IMG/VR virus record: IMGVR_UViG_3300037418_002133
Span: 32,001-96,000 of that record
Direction: 5' to 3' (one strand)
DNA length: 64,000 nucleotides
From: a virus
Below are positions 1-10,139 of this stretch, one piece after another. Both the position numbers and the translations under genes were made by a program. Every line of letters starts with the position of its first letter. Positions within the stretch are counted from its first letter, which is position 1. Below the pieces are notes generated by a model. The model was not told the DNA's origin and did not search any database. It saw nothing but the letters and a program-made list of their open reading frames with translations.

Positions 1-377
1 GCCAGAGCCGGAATGCGCGCGACGACCAAGACCTGATCGGCCTGTTCGGCAACAGTTCGCACGATTGGAATGCCGTATTTAACCTGTTGCTCGACGTTGA
101 CGGGCGTGCCTGTCTTGGTGTTGCCAAGGAGCGGCTCCTGAGTTGGCAAACCGACGCGCGTGTCAAAGACGACGCCTTCGCGGTTCATCGAGCCGTCGAA
201 GTTCTGAACCGGCATATTGTCGAAATAGATCGACTTCAAACCGTCGACCAAGCCGACGATCTCGCCCTCGCCCAGCGCCTCGACGATCGACACGACTGTC
301 TTGGATTGCAGAGTGTTGGGAGATTCTGTGCCTCCGCCCCCGCCGCCCTTGCTGCTCTTTTGGCCGGTGACGATCAT
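1..377 (-). CDS. Tail tip/host specificity protein (lambda gpJ-like), N-terminal part, runs off the window
   Basis: Manual translation from ATG at 377: MIVTGQKSSKGGGGGGTESPNTLQSKTVVSIVEALGEGEIVGLVDGLKSIYFDNMPVQNFDGS, a typical gpJ N-terminus; follows gene I. Confidence 0.9.
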   Translation of the reverse strand, partial: MIVTGQKSSKGGGGGGTESPNTLQSKTVVSIVEALGEGEIVGLVDGLKSIYFDNMPVQNFDGSMNREGVVFDTRVGLPTQEPLLGNTKTGTPVNVEQQVKYGIPIVRTVAEQADQVLVVARIPAL

Positions 378-1054
378 GAGAGCGGGATCCCGAATTCGCC
401 GCCGATCCAGCCAACGATCGGATTGGTGACCCCCTTGTAGGCCCCGATATCCTCGATGTTGGCGTCGAACGACACACCGGTCGAGCCGACCAGGCACTCG
501 CCATAGATCAACTGAATCGCTTCGCCCTGTTTACCGGTATTGGTCGGGCCGCTGATGTTGTAGGAGGTATCCTTCTGGGTCGACGCGGGCTTGGACAGCA
601 ATGTAGCGGCGCCAGCGAGTGTCAGGCCCAGACCGACGACGGCGATCTGACCCCAGGTGATACCCATGGTGTTGCCGAAGACGGCCGTTCCCAAGCCGCT
701 GAGAGGCGATGCCAGCGTGCCACCCGACATGAAGATTGCGCCGCCAATCAGAGCAACGCCAAGGATCGTCTTGACGACCCCCTTGCTGTTGCCGGCGCCC
801 TTGGCGACCGGGATCAGGTGAAGATCAGCCAGGCCAAGATTGAGCGTGTTGACGAGATCGAGGTCGAGCGACATGCCGCTACGCTTGTCGCCGCGAATGA
901 GCTTGTAGGAGCCCGTCTGCAACGCCCCGACAAAGTCACCAGGGAATGCGCAATTCAACGCACGTAGCGCCTCGCCAGCCGTCTTGACGTCGAATTTGAA
1001 CGAGGGGCCGAACTGTTTCTTGAGCCGGCCGTGAAGATGAACGGTACGCATCAT
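374..1054 (-). CDS. Tail assembly protein I (lambda gpI-like)
   Basis: MRTVHLHGRL..FG..F.FDVKTAGEALRAL and C-terminal QGEAIQLIYGECLVGS; position in L-K-I-J. Confidence 0.9.
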   Translation of the reverse strand: MMRTVHLHGRLKKQFGPSFKFDVKTAGEALRALNCAFPGDFVGALQTGSYKLIRGDKRSGMSLDLDLVNTLNLGLADLHLIPVAKGAGNSKGVVKTILGVALIGGAIFMSGGTLASPLSGLGTAVFGNTMGITWGQIAVVGLGLTLAGAATLLSKPASTQKDTSYNISGPTNTGKQGEAIQLIYGECLVGSTGVSFDANIEDIGAYKGVTNPIVGWIGGEFGIPLS

Positions 1055-1851
1055 TGTTTCGGCCCCTCGTAGCGGAGCCAGATGTCAGCGGCGCGCGCCC
1101 ACAGGCCGGCGGGGTTTCGCGCGCTGATCGTGGTCGGCAGATGATGCAGGATCTGGTCGTGTTCGAGCAGAACCCCGCCATGATTGACGCGCTGTTGCGG
1201 ATTGGCCTGGCGATCGCCGAGCTTCATCAGGAAGACGTCGCCGGCGCGGGCTTCGGGCCGGGTAATCTCGCGAAAGCCAAACTTGGCGAAATTCGCCATA
1301 TAGAGATCGTCGTCGGTCTTCCACCAACCATCGCCGCGCGGCACCTCGGGCAGCTTGATCGGGTCAAACGGCCAGTAGACCGTTTCGGGCAACAGGTTTT
1401 CGCGCCCAAGACGGTAGACGTCACGGATCATCGCATAGCAGTCGAACACGCCATGCAGGAACGGGCGCGAGATCACAGGTGCGATCGGCAAACCGTCGCC
1501 CCAGGCAATGAGTTGGCCGAAATCATCCTCGTTGAGCGGGATGATAATCCACGGCACGTCGGTCTCGATCTGCTGCACCATGTCGAGGTGCGAGGGGTAG
1601 ATCGGGCCATTCGGGTGGGAATGAACGATCGCCTTGACGGTGCCGGCGCGGATCGCCTCGTCAAATCGTTCGTCGTTGATCTCGAAGTGGGTTTCGGGTT
1701 TGGGATGGCAATTACGACAGGCGACGTATTTGCCGTCCGCAATGAAACCGCAGCTCTCCTGCGGAAAGACCTCGCGCGCGTGAGCTTTCGCCGCCTCGAC
1801 AGCGGCGTAACCCATCAGACCGACAATTTTGGCGCGATAGGCGTCAATCAT
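1051..1851 (-). CDS. Tail assembly protein K (JAB + NlpC/P60)
   Basis: PQESCG, VHSHPNG..PS..D JAB motif, FDCY, NHGGV; start taken at ATG 1851 overlapping the L stop. Confidence 0.9.
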   Translation of the reverse strand: MIDAYRAKIVGLMGYAAVEAAKAHAREVFPQESCGFIADGKYVACRNCHPKPETHFEINDERFDEAIRAGTVKAIVHSHPNGPIYPSHLDMVQQIETDVPWIIIPLNEDDFGQLIAWGDGLPIAPVISRPFLHGVFDCYAMIRDVYRLGRENLLPETVYWPFDPIKLPEVPRGDGWWKTDDDLYMANFAKFGFREITRPEARAGDVFLMKLGDRQANPQQRVNHGGVLLEHDQILHHLPTTISARNPAGLWARAADIWLRYEGPKQ

Positions 1852-2579
1852 GATCCAAGCCGCTCGATGCCGGGAAAGCCCGCGAACGGCAGGGCGGCGT
1901 CTTCGCCGAAGCGAAGTTTGCAATCTGCGACGCGACGACCGCAGCTATCGAACGGCGCCGTGGTTGGCTGACCTGTCGACGTCCACGCGGAGGAGCCGGT
2001 GTAGGGACACGGCATAGTCTCGGAATAGAGGTAGCCGTCCGGGTTGGCCTTTGGATTGGTTGGATCCCAGATTCGATAGCGCTGGGTGCAAATGTCGCGA
2101 ATGTATTGCCGACCAGGCAGCATCTTGCCTTCCTGGTCGATCGCCGCCGACAACTCCCACTCGATGAAGTTCTTGTTCTCGTCGGACTTTCGCTCGATAC
2201 GGAAGACGTCGGGTCCGACAAAGGCCGTACCGTCGGCTTCGGGCGCTCCATCGAGAAAGCGCGCAAAAGTGCGAATTCTACGCACTTCGCAACCGCACAG
2301 ATCGCCGTAGTTGTTGACGAGGCCCTGAATGACAGTGTCGGAGTTGGCAATCTGCATCTTCGGCGTCGGCAACACGCCGCCGGCATTGGTCTTGAAATCA
2401 CTGACCACGATATCGATCGGCGCGTAAACCTGACCGCCGAAACTGACGCCTGCTCCGTTCTTGGAGGCTTGCGTGAAATAGTAGACGCTCGCCTTGGCTT
2501 TCGTCGCATCAAGACGGAACAGAAGAATTTCCTCGCCCGGATCGAGCGACTGTGAAGTGGACGTTAGTGACATGAACAC
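1848..2579 (-). CDS. Minor tail protein L
   Basis: P.RQ..RDICTQRYR, CPYTG, DSCGRRVADCKLRFG..LPFAGFPG Fe-S Cys pattern. Confidence 0.92.
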   Translation of the reverse strand: MFMSLTSTSQSLDPGEEILLFRLDATKAKASVYYFTQASKNGAGVSFGGQVYAPIDIVVSDFKTNAGGVLPTPKMQIANSDTVIQGLVNNYGDLCGCEVRRIRTFARFLDGAPEADGTAFVGPDVFRIERKSDENKNFIEWELSAAIDQEGKMLPGRQYIRDICTQRYRIWDPTNPKANPDGYLYSETMPCPYTGSSAWTSTGQPTTAPFDSCGRRVADCKLRFGEDAALPFAGFPGIERLGS

Positions 2580-2615
2580 CCATCTGGTACTGACCTAATA
2601 TAAGTCAGAACTGAC

Positions 2616-2963
2616 TTATGTTTCAAGGCTAAAGTCTTCCACGAATGTTGCGGTTACCTGATTGGGCGTCTGCCAGGTTCGCGACCATGTCTCGCATGTC
2701 CACTTCCGGGTGACGCCATCGCGCAGCGCGTAATAGAACGGCGTTGTTCCGCCGTGTGCCTCGAAGAACGCAACAATGGTATCCGCATCAGCTTCGAGCA
2801 GAGAATCCCAGGTCAGCGTCGTGCTCTGCCGGATATGGTTGAGACCATCCGGCATTCGCTGAGTGTAGCCGTCGCCGAATTCAGCCTTCTTGATCTTGAC
2901 GATCGGCGTCGACTTCGTGCCGGGGCTTTGCTTAATCGGCGGATTGAAGGTGTCCAGTGCCAT
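2616..2963 (-). CDS. Minor tail protein M (distal tail)
   Basis: FGDGYTQRMPDGLN, FFEAHGGTTPF. Confidence 0.9.
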   Translation of the reverse strand: MALDTFNPPIKQSPGTKSTPIVKIKKAEFGDGYTQRMPDGLNHIRQSTTLTWDSLLEADADTIVAFFEAHGGTTPFYYALRDGVTRKWTCETWSRTWQTPNQVTATFVEDFSLET

Positions 2964-2965
2964 CG

Positions 2966-5900
2966 TTACCTCGCCAGAATCCCGCCGGGTCGGGTCTGCA
3001 TCCGAATTTCGTCGCCCATCATGCGGCGGATATGATCCATCGCGGCGCGACCGACCGCCTCGCCCATTTTCTGATGATCAGCGTCGGTCATGCCGGCGCT
3101 GCCCTGCACAGTCACGGCGACGGTCGGCGAAAACACGGTCCCGCCCCCGCCGTATTGCTTGGCGAGATTTGCCGGCCAGTCGACCTGTTCGCCGCGCTTG
3201 GCGATGATCGGGATTTCGTCGCCGCTCAGGGTCAGGCCACCGGTGCCGCCGTGGAAACGACTGGCGCCGGCGAACAATGCGGGACTGACCGATCGATACG
3301 GCATCATGGCGCCGGCAAGACCGCCTGTGTGGTGCATTGCCGGCAGAATGTTCATCGGGGCGCTACCGCCCTTACCGAGCGACTTGCCGCCCGTCGGGAT
3401 ACCGAGCATGTTGCTGATCAACTGGCCGAAAGCACCCTTGATGGCGATGCTGGCGAGGCTCTTGGAGATCGACGCGGCAAGATCTGCGAAGTTCGCCTTG
3501 CCGGTCGTGACGAAGTCGGCGAGTTTGTCCGCGGTCTGGTCGAGCCAGTTGGCGCCGGCCTGGTAGATGTTCTTGCCGAAATCGCTCCAGTCTTTCATCA
3601 GCTTACCCATCGGATTGAGGGTAAACTGCTGGGCGCGCAGGGCGCGAATGTTGCGCTCGACCATCTGTTCGACGCGAACGCGATCTTCGCCCGTGCCCTG
3701 ATAGAGCGCGAGGTATTGCTGGTTACGGCGGATATCGTCCTGATAGGTCTTCTCTCGTTCGCCGTCGACCGTCATCAGGCTGCGTTCAATAGCAATCGTC
3801 TTCTGTTGCTCGGTCTTGAGCGCTTCCTTGATCTCGTTGTCGCGGAGCATCGCGATCTGAGCCTTGCGACCCTCAAGGAACTTGTCCGATGTCGCCTGAT
3901 CGGTGACACCGGTGCTGACGGCCTTCTGCTGATCGGCTGTCTCACGCGCCAAACGACGCAATTCGGCATAATACTTCGAGCTGAAATGGAGCTTTTGCTC
4001 GTCGCGCAATTGCTGATCGAGGTCGTTCTGCTTTTCGAGCAGGCTTATATCCTCTGCGGCCTTGCGATCGGCTGCGGATTGCAACGCCGTGCGCAGCTTC
4101 TTACGCTCGGCATATTTAGCATCTGATTCATCAAGTGCCTGGGCCGCGGCCAACAGATCCTTGAAGATCGGATCATCTGGGTTCTTATTGGCGACGCCGG
4201 ACGGCCCCTTGCCGTTCATGATGTCGGCACGCACCTGGGCGAGATTGCTCAGTTTGCCGGCGTCTGCTGTAGCGTTCTCGATCACGCCGTTGAGGTATTT
4301 CCGGGTACGCTCGTCGAGCGCCTGTGCGGCGTCGAATGCCTTCTTGGCCAGTTCCTTTTGAGCGGTATCGTCGAGCGCGGCCTGCTGTTCAGGTGTCAGC
4401 GCCGGACCAGATGTACGCGGCCCGCCAATGGGAGTTGTGCCGCTGCCGACCTGACGAAGCGCCCAGGCTTTCAGATCGCCGACGGTCGTGATGTTCTTGA
4501 ACACCTCGTAGTTCTTGCGAATAGCCTCGGTCAGGATCGGGATCGACCGAACCAGCGTCTCGTCAGACTGCGACAGTGCGGCCGAAGCGCCCGCCGGGCC
4601 AAGGAAATGCCCGAGGCGCAGGTTGGCGTCAGTCGGCTCAATGCCGTTCTTCCGGAATTCGGCCGCACTTTTTCCCATCAGCCATTGCGTCGCCTGTCGG
4701 GCCAATTCGCTGTCGGAGCGCAGCGCGAGCGCAGCTTCACGCCCGCCGGCGAGCAGATCCTTGTGCGTCTCGGTCAGGAAGGCGAGCCAGGTCTTTTCGA
4801 TGAATTGACCAGGACCGGACGCGGTCGAATTGGGGTTCTTGATGTCGCGCCCGCCGCTCTCACGGTTGATGATGCGATCGGTCAGGGAGTTGCCGCTTGA
4901 AAACGACGGCAGCGAAAATGCGCCGCCAGACGCACCGGCGCCGCCCTTGATATTGGACAGGTTCTGAAAGCCGGTTGCCGCACGCTGAAGCAGATTGACG
5001 ACGGCGCCGCCCGGCTCCATCAGACTGTCGAAGACGCGCTTCATTTCGGAGCCGGCTTCGGCCGCACCGCGACCGATATCGCCCCACTTGTCCTTGATCT
5101 GCTGAAGCTGGGTCTTGCCGTTGAAGACGCCCTCGCGCAACTGGATCATGAACCGTTGCGTGCCGCTCAGTTTGTCGCCACCCGCAGCCTTGATCTTGGC
5201 TTCGGCCATGTCTTCCGTTGCCTTCTGATTGAGGCGCTGGATCTCGGCGTTGATCTTGTTCTGAGCGTTGATCTTCTGGGACAGTTCGTCGTGAACTGCC
5301 ATTTCCTTCTTCAGGTTTTCGATCTGCTCCTTAATGTCGGCGTTCGACAGTGGACCGACGTAGTTCTTCTTGGCGACCGCCTCCTCGATCATGAACAGTA
5401 ATTTGGCCATGTCGCTGGAAGCGCCAGCCAATTCGGCGCGCATCCCGGCGTTCGACCCCTTCAGATCGTCAGTCTTGGCCTTTGCGCGCTCCAACAGCTT
5501 GTCGAGGTTGATACTCTTGTCGATCTCGACCGGTTTCGCCGCCAATTCGCGGATGCGGATCATCTGCTCGCGAAGCGCGCCCTGCTTCTTGATCAGGTCG
5601 AAAACGTATTTGTCCTGTAGGCTGATGGCCCGCGCATCGCCGTCCTCTGCAAGCGCATTAATCGCGTTGATGCGATCCTCGTAAATGTCGTACTGGGCTT
5701 GCAGTTGATCGACGAGAGCCTTTTTGTGCTCCTCGCTGTATTTGGCCTGAATTGCGGAAATATCGCCGCGATTCTTGTTGGCCTCCTTAAGCTCGTCATC
5801 ATAGGCTTTGGAGCGGATCTTCGCCTGAGCGTCATACGATTTCTGAATTTGTCGGATTTCACCGTCGAGCTTATCCTGCTCCTCGCGCGCGATATTCTCG

Positions 5901-7465
5901 GCCTCGCGTTGATCAGCTTGCGCGCCGGCCTTAGCCAGAACAGCACGCGCTTCGTCACGCTCGCGGGTCAGCCGGGCGATTTCCTGGGCATTCGGCCCGT
6001 CGATCGTCGCTTGACCCGTCACCGGGTTGATCGTGACCTGAGACTGTTTCGCCAGTTCAAGCCGACGCTCAAGCGACTTCAGGTAAGGCTCCGCCTCCAT
6101 CACCTGTTTGCGCGATTCGGCGCCGAACTTGACGAGGTTCTGGTAGGCGTCGGCCGATTTATCCGAGAACAGCCCGAACGAAACGGCAAGCACGCCGATC
6201 AGGCCGGCGAGCGGGATGATCACGCTGGATACCGTGCTGATGGCGACGCCAGCCATGGTCCAGACCGCGGACATATTGCGCACCGCGAGCGTTGTACGGG
6301 AGATCGCTGCTGTCGCCGGCGCCGTCGCTGCATCCAGATTGTTGAACCGGATCTTTTCGACCATGCCGTTCCAGGCCAGACCCAGTTGCTGAACCTTCGG
6401 AATAACGCCAAACAACGCGCCGCTCAGGTTCATCAAGCCGGAAAGCAAAACCTTGATGCTGATACCGCCGCCCAAAATCATGGCGAGCTGAACAATCTCG
6501 TCGCGGAAACGGACAATGCCGTCGAGCGCCTGACGAAGACCGCCGACGATCGACGCCAGACCAGAGCCGAGGCTCTTGGCAAAGCGTTCAGCGGTCGGAC
6601 CGGCAAGGAACGTGTTGAGGTCGGCAAGCTGCTTTTTGACAGCCTCGAAGAAGCCCGCATCGCCGGCGGTTGTCGCCAGCAACTGCCACAACGTCGTCAT
6701 CTGGGCCAGGCGACCGTTGAAGGTCTGCATCTGCTCCAGAGCGGCGCCGCCGAAGGTTGCTTCAGTCTCGATAAAGAACGCCTCAAGGGCGGATTTGGCT
6801 TCGAGCGTGCCCTTGCTGATGATCTGGATGAGCTGACTCATGCTCACGCCCATCGATCGCGCCATGATCTCCACGGCGCGCGGCATCGCTTCACCGAGTT
6901 GCTGCCGCAACTCTTCCATCTGGATCACGCCCTTGCCCGACATCTGGCTGATCGCGATGGTCGCGCGCTTCATGACGTCGTCGGTGCCGCCGAATGCAGC
7001 CACACCGTCAAGCAACGCGTTGAAGCCGCCCTTCATCGGGTCGAGACCGGTCGCCTTCATCTTGACGAAGGTGTCGGTCATCGCCTTGAGCGAGAACGGG
7101 GCGGATTTGGCAGATTCACGCAGGAAGGCAACCTGGGAGGCTGCTTCCTTGATCGGGTCGGCCGCGTTGGACATGCCGCGCAGGAGGAAGCCGAGCTTCT
7201 CCATTTCGGCATTGACCTTGATGATGTCGGTCGCCCAGCCGGTCGTCACCATCCGCAGGTTTTCGATCGCCTGCCGCGCCATACCGAAGGTGATCGACAG
7301 ATCCCGGATCGTGCCGAGGAAGGAACGGTTGGTCTCATCGAGCAGCCGGACCGAGTGAATGGTCTGGCCGACGTTCCTCTGGAATTGACGAACGGACTCT
7401 CCCGCATGGATCATGCGGGAGGTAAAGGTGCCGTCCTCTAATTCCAGTTCAACGCGAACCGACAC
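2966..7465 (-). CDS. Tape measure protein with internal lytic transglycosylase-like domain
   Basis: 1499 aa; ISQMSGKGVIQMEELRQQLGE tape-measure motif; RESGG..NSTASGPGQFIEKTW lysozyme-like motif; lambda-type C-terminus. Confidence 0.93.
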   Translation of the reverse strand: MSVRVELELEDGTFTSRMIHAGESVRQFQRNVGQTIHSVRLLDETNRSFLGTIRDLSITFGMARQAIENLRMVTTGWATDIIKVNAEMEKLGFLLRGMSNAADPIKEAASQVAFLRESAKSAPFSLKAMTDTFVKMKATGLDPMKGGFNALLDGVAAFGGTDDVMKRATIAISQMSGKGVIQMEELRQQLGEAMPRAVEIMARSMGVSMSQLIQIISKGTLEAKSALEAFFIETEATFGGAALEQMQTFNGRLAQMTTLWQLLATTAGDAGFFEAVKKQLADLNTFLAGPTAERFAKSLGSGLASIVGGLRQALDGIVRFRDEIVQLAMILGGGISIKVLLSGLMNLSGALFGVIPKVQQLGLAWNGMVEKIRFNNLDAATAPATAAISRTTLAVRNMSAVWTMAGVAISTVSSVIIPLAGLIGVLAVSFGLFSDKSADAYQNLVKFGAESRKQVMEAEPYLKSLERRLELAKQSQVTINPVTGQATIDGPNAQEIARLTRERDEARAVLAKAGAQADQREAENIAREEQDKLDGEIRQIQKSYDAQAKIRSKAYDDELKEANKNRGDISAIQAKYSEEHKKALVDQLQAQYDIYEDRINAINALAEDGDARAISLQDKYVFDLIKKQGALREQMIRIRELAAKPVEIDKSINLDKLLERAKAKTDDLKGSNAGMRAELAGASSDMAKLLFMIEEAVAKKNYVGPLSNADIKEQIENLKKEMAVHDELSQKINAQNKINAEIQRLNQKATEDMAEAKIKAAGGDKLSGTQRFMIQLREGVFNGKTQLQQIKDKWGDIGRGAAEAGSEMKRVFDSLMEPGGAVVNLLQRAATGFQNLSNIKGGAGASGGAFSLPSFSSGNSLTDRIINRESGGRDIKNPNSTASGPGQFIEKTWLAFLTETHKDLLAGGREAALALRSDSELARQATQWLMGKSAAEFRKNGIEPTDANLRLGHFLGPAGASAALSQSDETLVRSIPILTEAIRKNYEVFKNITTVGDLKAWALRQVGSGTTPIGGPRTSGPALTPEQQAALDDTAQKELAKKAFDAAQALDERTRKYLNGVIENATADAGKLSNLAQVRADIMNGKGPSGVANKNPDDPIFKDLLAAAQALDESDAKYAERKKLRTALQSAADRKAAEDISLLEKQNDLDQQLRDEQKLHFSSKYYAELRRLARETADQQKAVSTGVTDQATSDKFLEGRKAQIAMLRDNEIKEALKTEQQKTIAIERSLMTVDGEREKTYQDDIRRNQQYLALYQGTGEDRVRVEQMVERNIRALRAQQFTLNPMGKLMKDWSDFGKNIYQAGANWLDQTADKLADFVTTGKANFADLAASISKSLASIAIKGAFGQLISNMLGIPTGGKSLGKGGSAPMNILPAMHHTGGLAGAMMPYRSVSPALFAGASRFHGGTGGLTLSGDEIPIIAKRGEQVDWPANLAKQYGGGGTVFSPTVAVTVQGSAGMTDADHQKMGEAVGRAAMDHIRRMMGDEIRMQTRPGGILAR

Positions 7466-7802
7466 TGCTCATGTCTCCAACGGAGTTAATCCACGCCTTG
7501 TCGTCGGCCGACAAAACGTCACGCTTGGCATTCGCTGCTTTCTTAGCCATGTCGATTTCGACGACGTGGCCGATCTGCTCCTGCAACTTTTCAAGGTAGG
7601 TTGTGAGACCTTCCTTGTCCGAATTGGTCCGTAGAATGAGTTCGGCAGAACGAATATCGTTCTCCGCATTCATCCGATCGATGTTCTTACTCAGCATCCA
7701 GAAGGTGACGAGCGGCAGGCTCAGCACCTTCTTGACGTCCGAGAAACCGTAGTGCGCAAGCACCCGCGAGAAGAGAAAGCCGAAATCGATGGCTTTGATC
7801 AT
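7449..7802 (-). CDS. Tail assembly chaperone, gpT-like part
   Basis: Between chaperone G and TMP, in the -1 frame of G. Confidence 0.7.
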   Translation of the reverse strand: MIKAIDFGFLFSRVLAHYGFSDVKKVLSLPLVTFWMLSKNIDRMNAENDIRSAELILRTNSDKEGLTTYLEKLQEQIGHVVEIDMAKKAANAKRDVLSADDKAWINSVGDMSSVGSR

Positions 7803-8149
7803 CCCGCCGTCGGAGGGTTTTCAGTCGCCTCCGCAGCCGCTTCCGTCTCAACCTTCTTCTGGCCGTTGTGCTCCTGGGCGAACTCGACCAGCTTGTTGAG
7901 CTGTGGCAGCGTGAACCTGCCGAGCATTTCCTTGGTCATCGTCGGAAACGCGCGCATCAACATGCCGGTGATCATGTCGATCTCGGCTTCGGCGGTCACA
8001 ACGCCGGCGGTGAACTTCTCGATGGCGCGCGTGTTGGCGATGAAGTCGTCGACGGTCAGCGGCGCCAGCTTGTGCTCCACACCGCCAAACTTGACGACAA
8101 CTTCCTGATCGGGAATGACTGCATCCAGGTCGATAAAATTAGTGGCCAT
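7799..8149 (-). CDS. Tail assembly chaperone gpG-like
   Basis: Directly after tail tube gene; X XXY YYZ heptamer near the 3' end. Confidence 0.75.
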   Translation of the reverse strand: MATNFIDLDAVIPDQEVVVKFGGVEHKLAPLTVDDFIANTRAIEKFTAGVVTAEAEIDMITGMLMRAFPTMTKEMLGRFTLPQLNKLVEFAQEHNGQKKVETEAAAEATENPPTAG

Positions 8150-8163
8150 GTATCCTGCTCTGT

Positions 8164-8201
8164 AAAAAGAAAAGACTGACATCCGTGTCCGGATATCAGT
8201 C
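8164..8201 (-). terminator. Rho-independent terminator after tail tube gene, overlapping an operator copy
   Basis: Minus strand GACTGATATCCG-GACA-CGGATGTCAGTC then TTTTCTTTTT. Confidence 0.75.
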
Positions 8202-8235
8202 AGTTCTGACTTATATTTTCGGAAGAAGCAAGGGA

Positions 8236-9114
8236 TTATGCGTCCGCATCTTCGTTGCCGAAGTAGAACATCTTGCCCGACACGCCGAGGGACGAATCCG
8301 GATAGGCGTTGAACTCGACGTTGAACACGCGCTCGGCGTCGAGCTTGTAGTTGAACGTCGCGGCACCCGGCGTGTTAGCCAGCGGCATGATGAAGTCTTC
8401 GCTCTTGTCCGCCGCAGGCAGGCCCTGCGGGTGGAACACGAGCTTCTTGGCCGTCTTGAGAAGCGAGATACCCACGCCAGTCGGGACCGACACACCCTCG
8501 ATGCTCGGGTTGGCGCCGCCGGTGAGCTTGGCGCCCGAGAGCGTCAGGTTCGCCGTGGTTGTGATGTCGGAGGCCAGCGTGAAATCATTGGCTTCGACAC
8601 CGTATTCGTCGGCGGTCAGGGTCACGACGCCGAGATTGGCCGACGCGGTGATACGCGACACCAGAGGATCGGTCGACGCATTGATCTTCGCAGCCAAACC
8701 AGCCGCAGCCTCGCTGAAGGTGCCGGCAATCGGCATGTCGTTGGTGTTCGGCAGCGGGTTCGTGGCCCACGAAAATACAACGCCATTCAGGGTCACGCTG
8801 TCACCATCGACCGGCGCTGCTGTCGAGAACGTCAGAGTGCCGGTTGCCTTGGTGCCGCCGCTCTGTTTGAGCACGGCACCCGGCATGATACGCGCCATGT
8901 TGGCGATTGTGGTCTCGACCAGCGGAACCTTGGCCTTGCAGGTACGACCGGTGATGTAGTCGTCGACCGGCGTGTCGCCGTACTGGTCGACCTTGACCTC
9001 GTGCGAAGTGGTGCTGATGGCAATTTCAACACCACCCTGCGTCAGGCCCAGATCGACGCCGTCCCAGGTGACCTGGCAGACGCCCAGCTTAATATTGCGG
9101 GTATTCGAAGACAT
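8236..9114 (-). CDS. Major tail tube protein
   Basis: LG...V...GVDLGLTQGGVE...EVKVDQYG.TP motif; position; own terminator. Confidence 0.85.
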   Translation of the reverse strand: MSSNTRNIKLGVCQVTWDGVDLGLTQGGVEIAISTTSHEVKVDQYGDTPVDDYITGRTCKAKVPLVETTIANMARIMPGAVLKQSGGTKATGTLTFSTAAPVDGDSVTLNGVVFSWATNPLPNTNDMPIAGTFSEAAAGLAAKINASTDPLVSRITASANLGVVTLTADEYGVEANDFTLASDITTTANLTLSGAKLTGGANPSIEGVSVPTGVGISLLKTAKKLVFHPQGLPAADKSEDFIMPLANTPGAATFNYKLDAERVFNVEFNAYPDSSLGVSGKMFYFGNEDADA

Positions 9115-9200
9115 TTGCTCAGATCCTTCTTAGCAACGGATGAAATCTACCCAATATTTTAGCCGATAGAGGCGAAAAGACAAGTCAGAACTGACTTATA

Positions 9201-9725
9201 TCACGCCTCATTTTTTGACAGCGCGCCGTTGCCCTGAAGATAGACCACGCGGATATTCGCCGGCTGAATCGTCATTGGCGATCGACGAGCAGCGTACAGC
9301 CGATTCTTGGCAATCCGGGTGATGTTGACCTGATCCGACTGGTTGCACCCCAGACAGTGATAGGCGTTGGAATCTTCGCCGATATAGAGGGTGACGTGGC
9401 CTCCCCCATTACGCTTGAACGTGAGGACGTCACCGAGCATCGGGCGCGGAACCTTGGTGCCGAACTTGGCCCATGACAGCGCCCACAGCGGCGAGTTCGG
9501 GATCTCTTTGCCGGCACGCTTGGCCGCAACAGCCATGCCTAGCCCGCACCACGGAATCGAGTCCGCGGTATAGACGTTGCGCAGACCAACCTCCTCGGCC
9601 CACTTCATGATGACCGGGTTGTTGCCGGCGCCGGGCGTTTCGCGCGTGCCGTACATCTTGAGCATTTCGACCAGGATCCGCGGACCAGGTTCGTTGGCAA
9701 GCCAGGCGTATTGGGTCGGGAGCAT
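9201..9725 (-). CDS. TIGR02594-type peptidoglycan hydrolase (endolysin candidate, NlpC/CHAP-like)
   Basis: G.RETPGAGNNP.I, DSIPWCG, ALSWAKFG, GHV, LGCNQSD. Confidence 0.8.
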   Translation of the reverse strand: MLPTQYAWLANEPGPRILVEMLKMYGTRETPGAGNNPVIMKWAEEVGLRNVYTADSIPWCGLGMAVAAKRAGKEIPNSPLWALSWAKFGTKVPRPMLGDVLTFKRNGGGHVTLYIGEDSNAYHCLGCNQSDQVNITRIAKNRLYAARRSPMTIQPANIRVVYLQGNGALSKNEA

Positions 9726-9728
9726 GAT

Positions 9729-10139
9729 TTATCCTTCCATGGGTAGAACATAGGTCACGTTGAAATTGAGCGACCATTCGGTGACACGCCCATCCGACCG
9801 CGGATAGACGATGGGGAGCTTCTCGGGGTACATCTGATTGATCTGCATCAGGAATGCGCCGCCGTTCGGATCGCTGAAGACGACCCGGTACATGGTGAAC
9901 AGCTTCATGATCGCGGCCGACGTGGTGTCGCCACGCACCTGATCGGTGTCGCGCACAATCACCTGTGTCGTCGTCTTGAGGTAGCCCGGCATGTTGTAGT
10001 CGGTCTCGATGCCGTTGATCGGATTGCGCAGCATGATGCCGCGTGTGGCATCAGCGTCCATGCGATGCACGAAGATATCGGTGCCACGCTGGCCAAAGCC
10101 GTTGATTTCAAGCATTTCGGCGAGGAGATCCAGCCTCAT
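9729..10139 (-). CDS. Tail terminator/completion protein
   Basis: Position after gp10-like gene; size; C-terminal WSLNF. Confidence 0.65.
   Translation of the reverse strand: MRLDLLAEMLEINGFGQRGTDIFVHRMDADATRGIMLRNPINGIETDYNMPGYLKTTTQVIVRDTDQVRGDTTSAAIMKLFTMYRVVFSDPNGGAFLMQINQMYPEKLPIVYPRSDGRVTEWSLNFNVTYVLPMEG

Noticed and set aside
5699-7441. Long plus-strand ORFs antisense to structural and metabolic genes (also 1054-1971, 14581-15636, 58480-59916)
   Set aside because: Shadow ORFs of high-GC3 genes with no recognisable motifs
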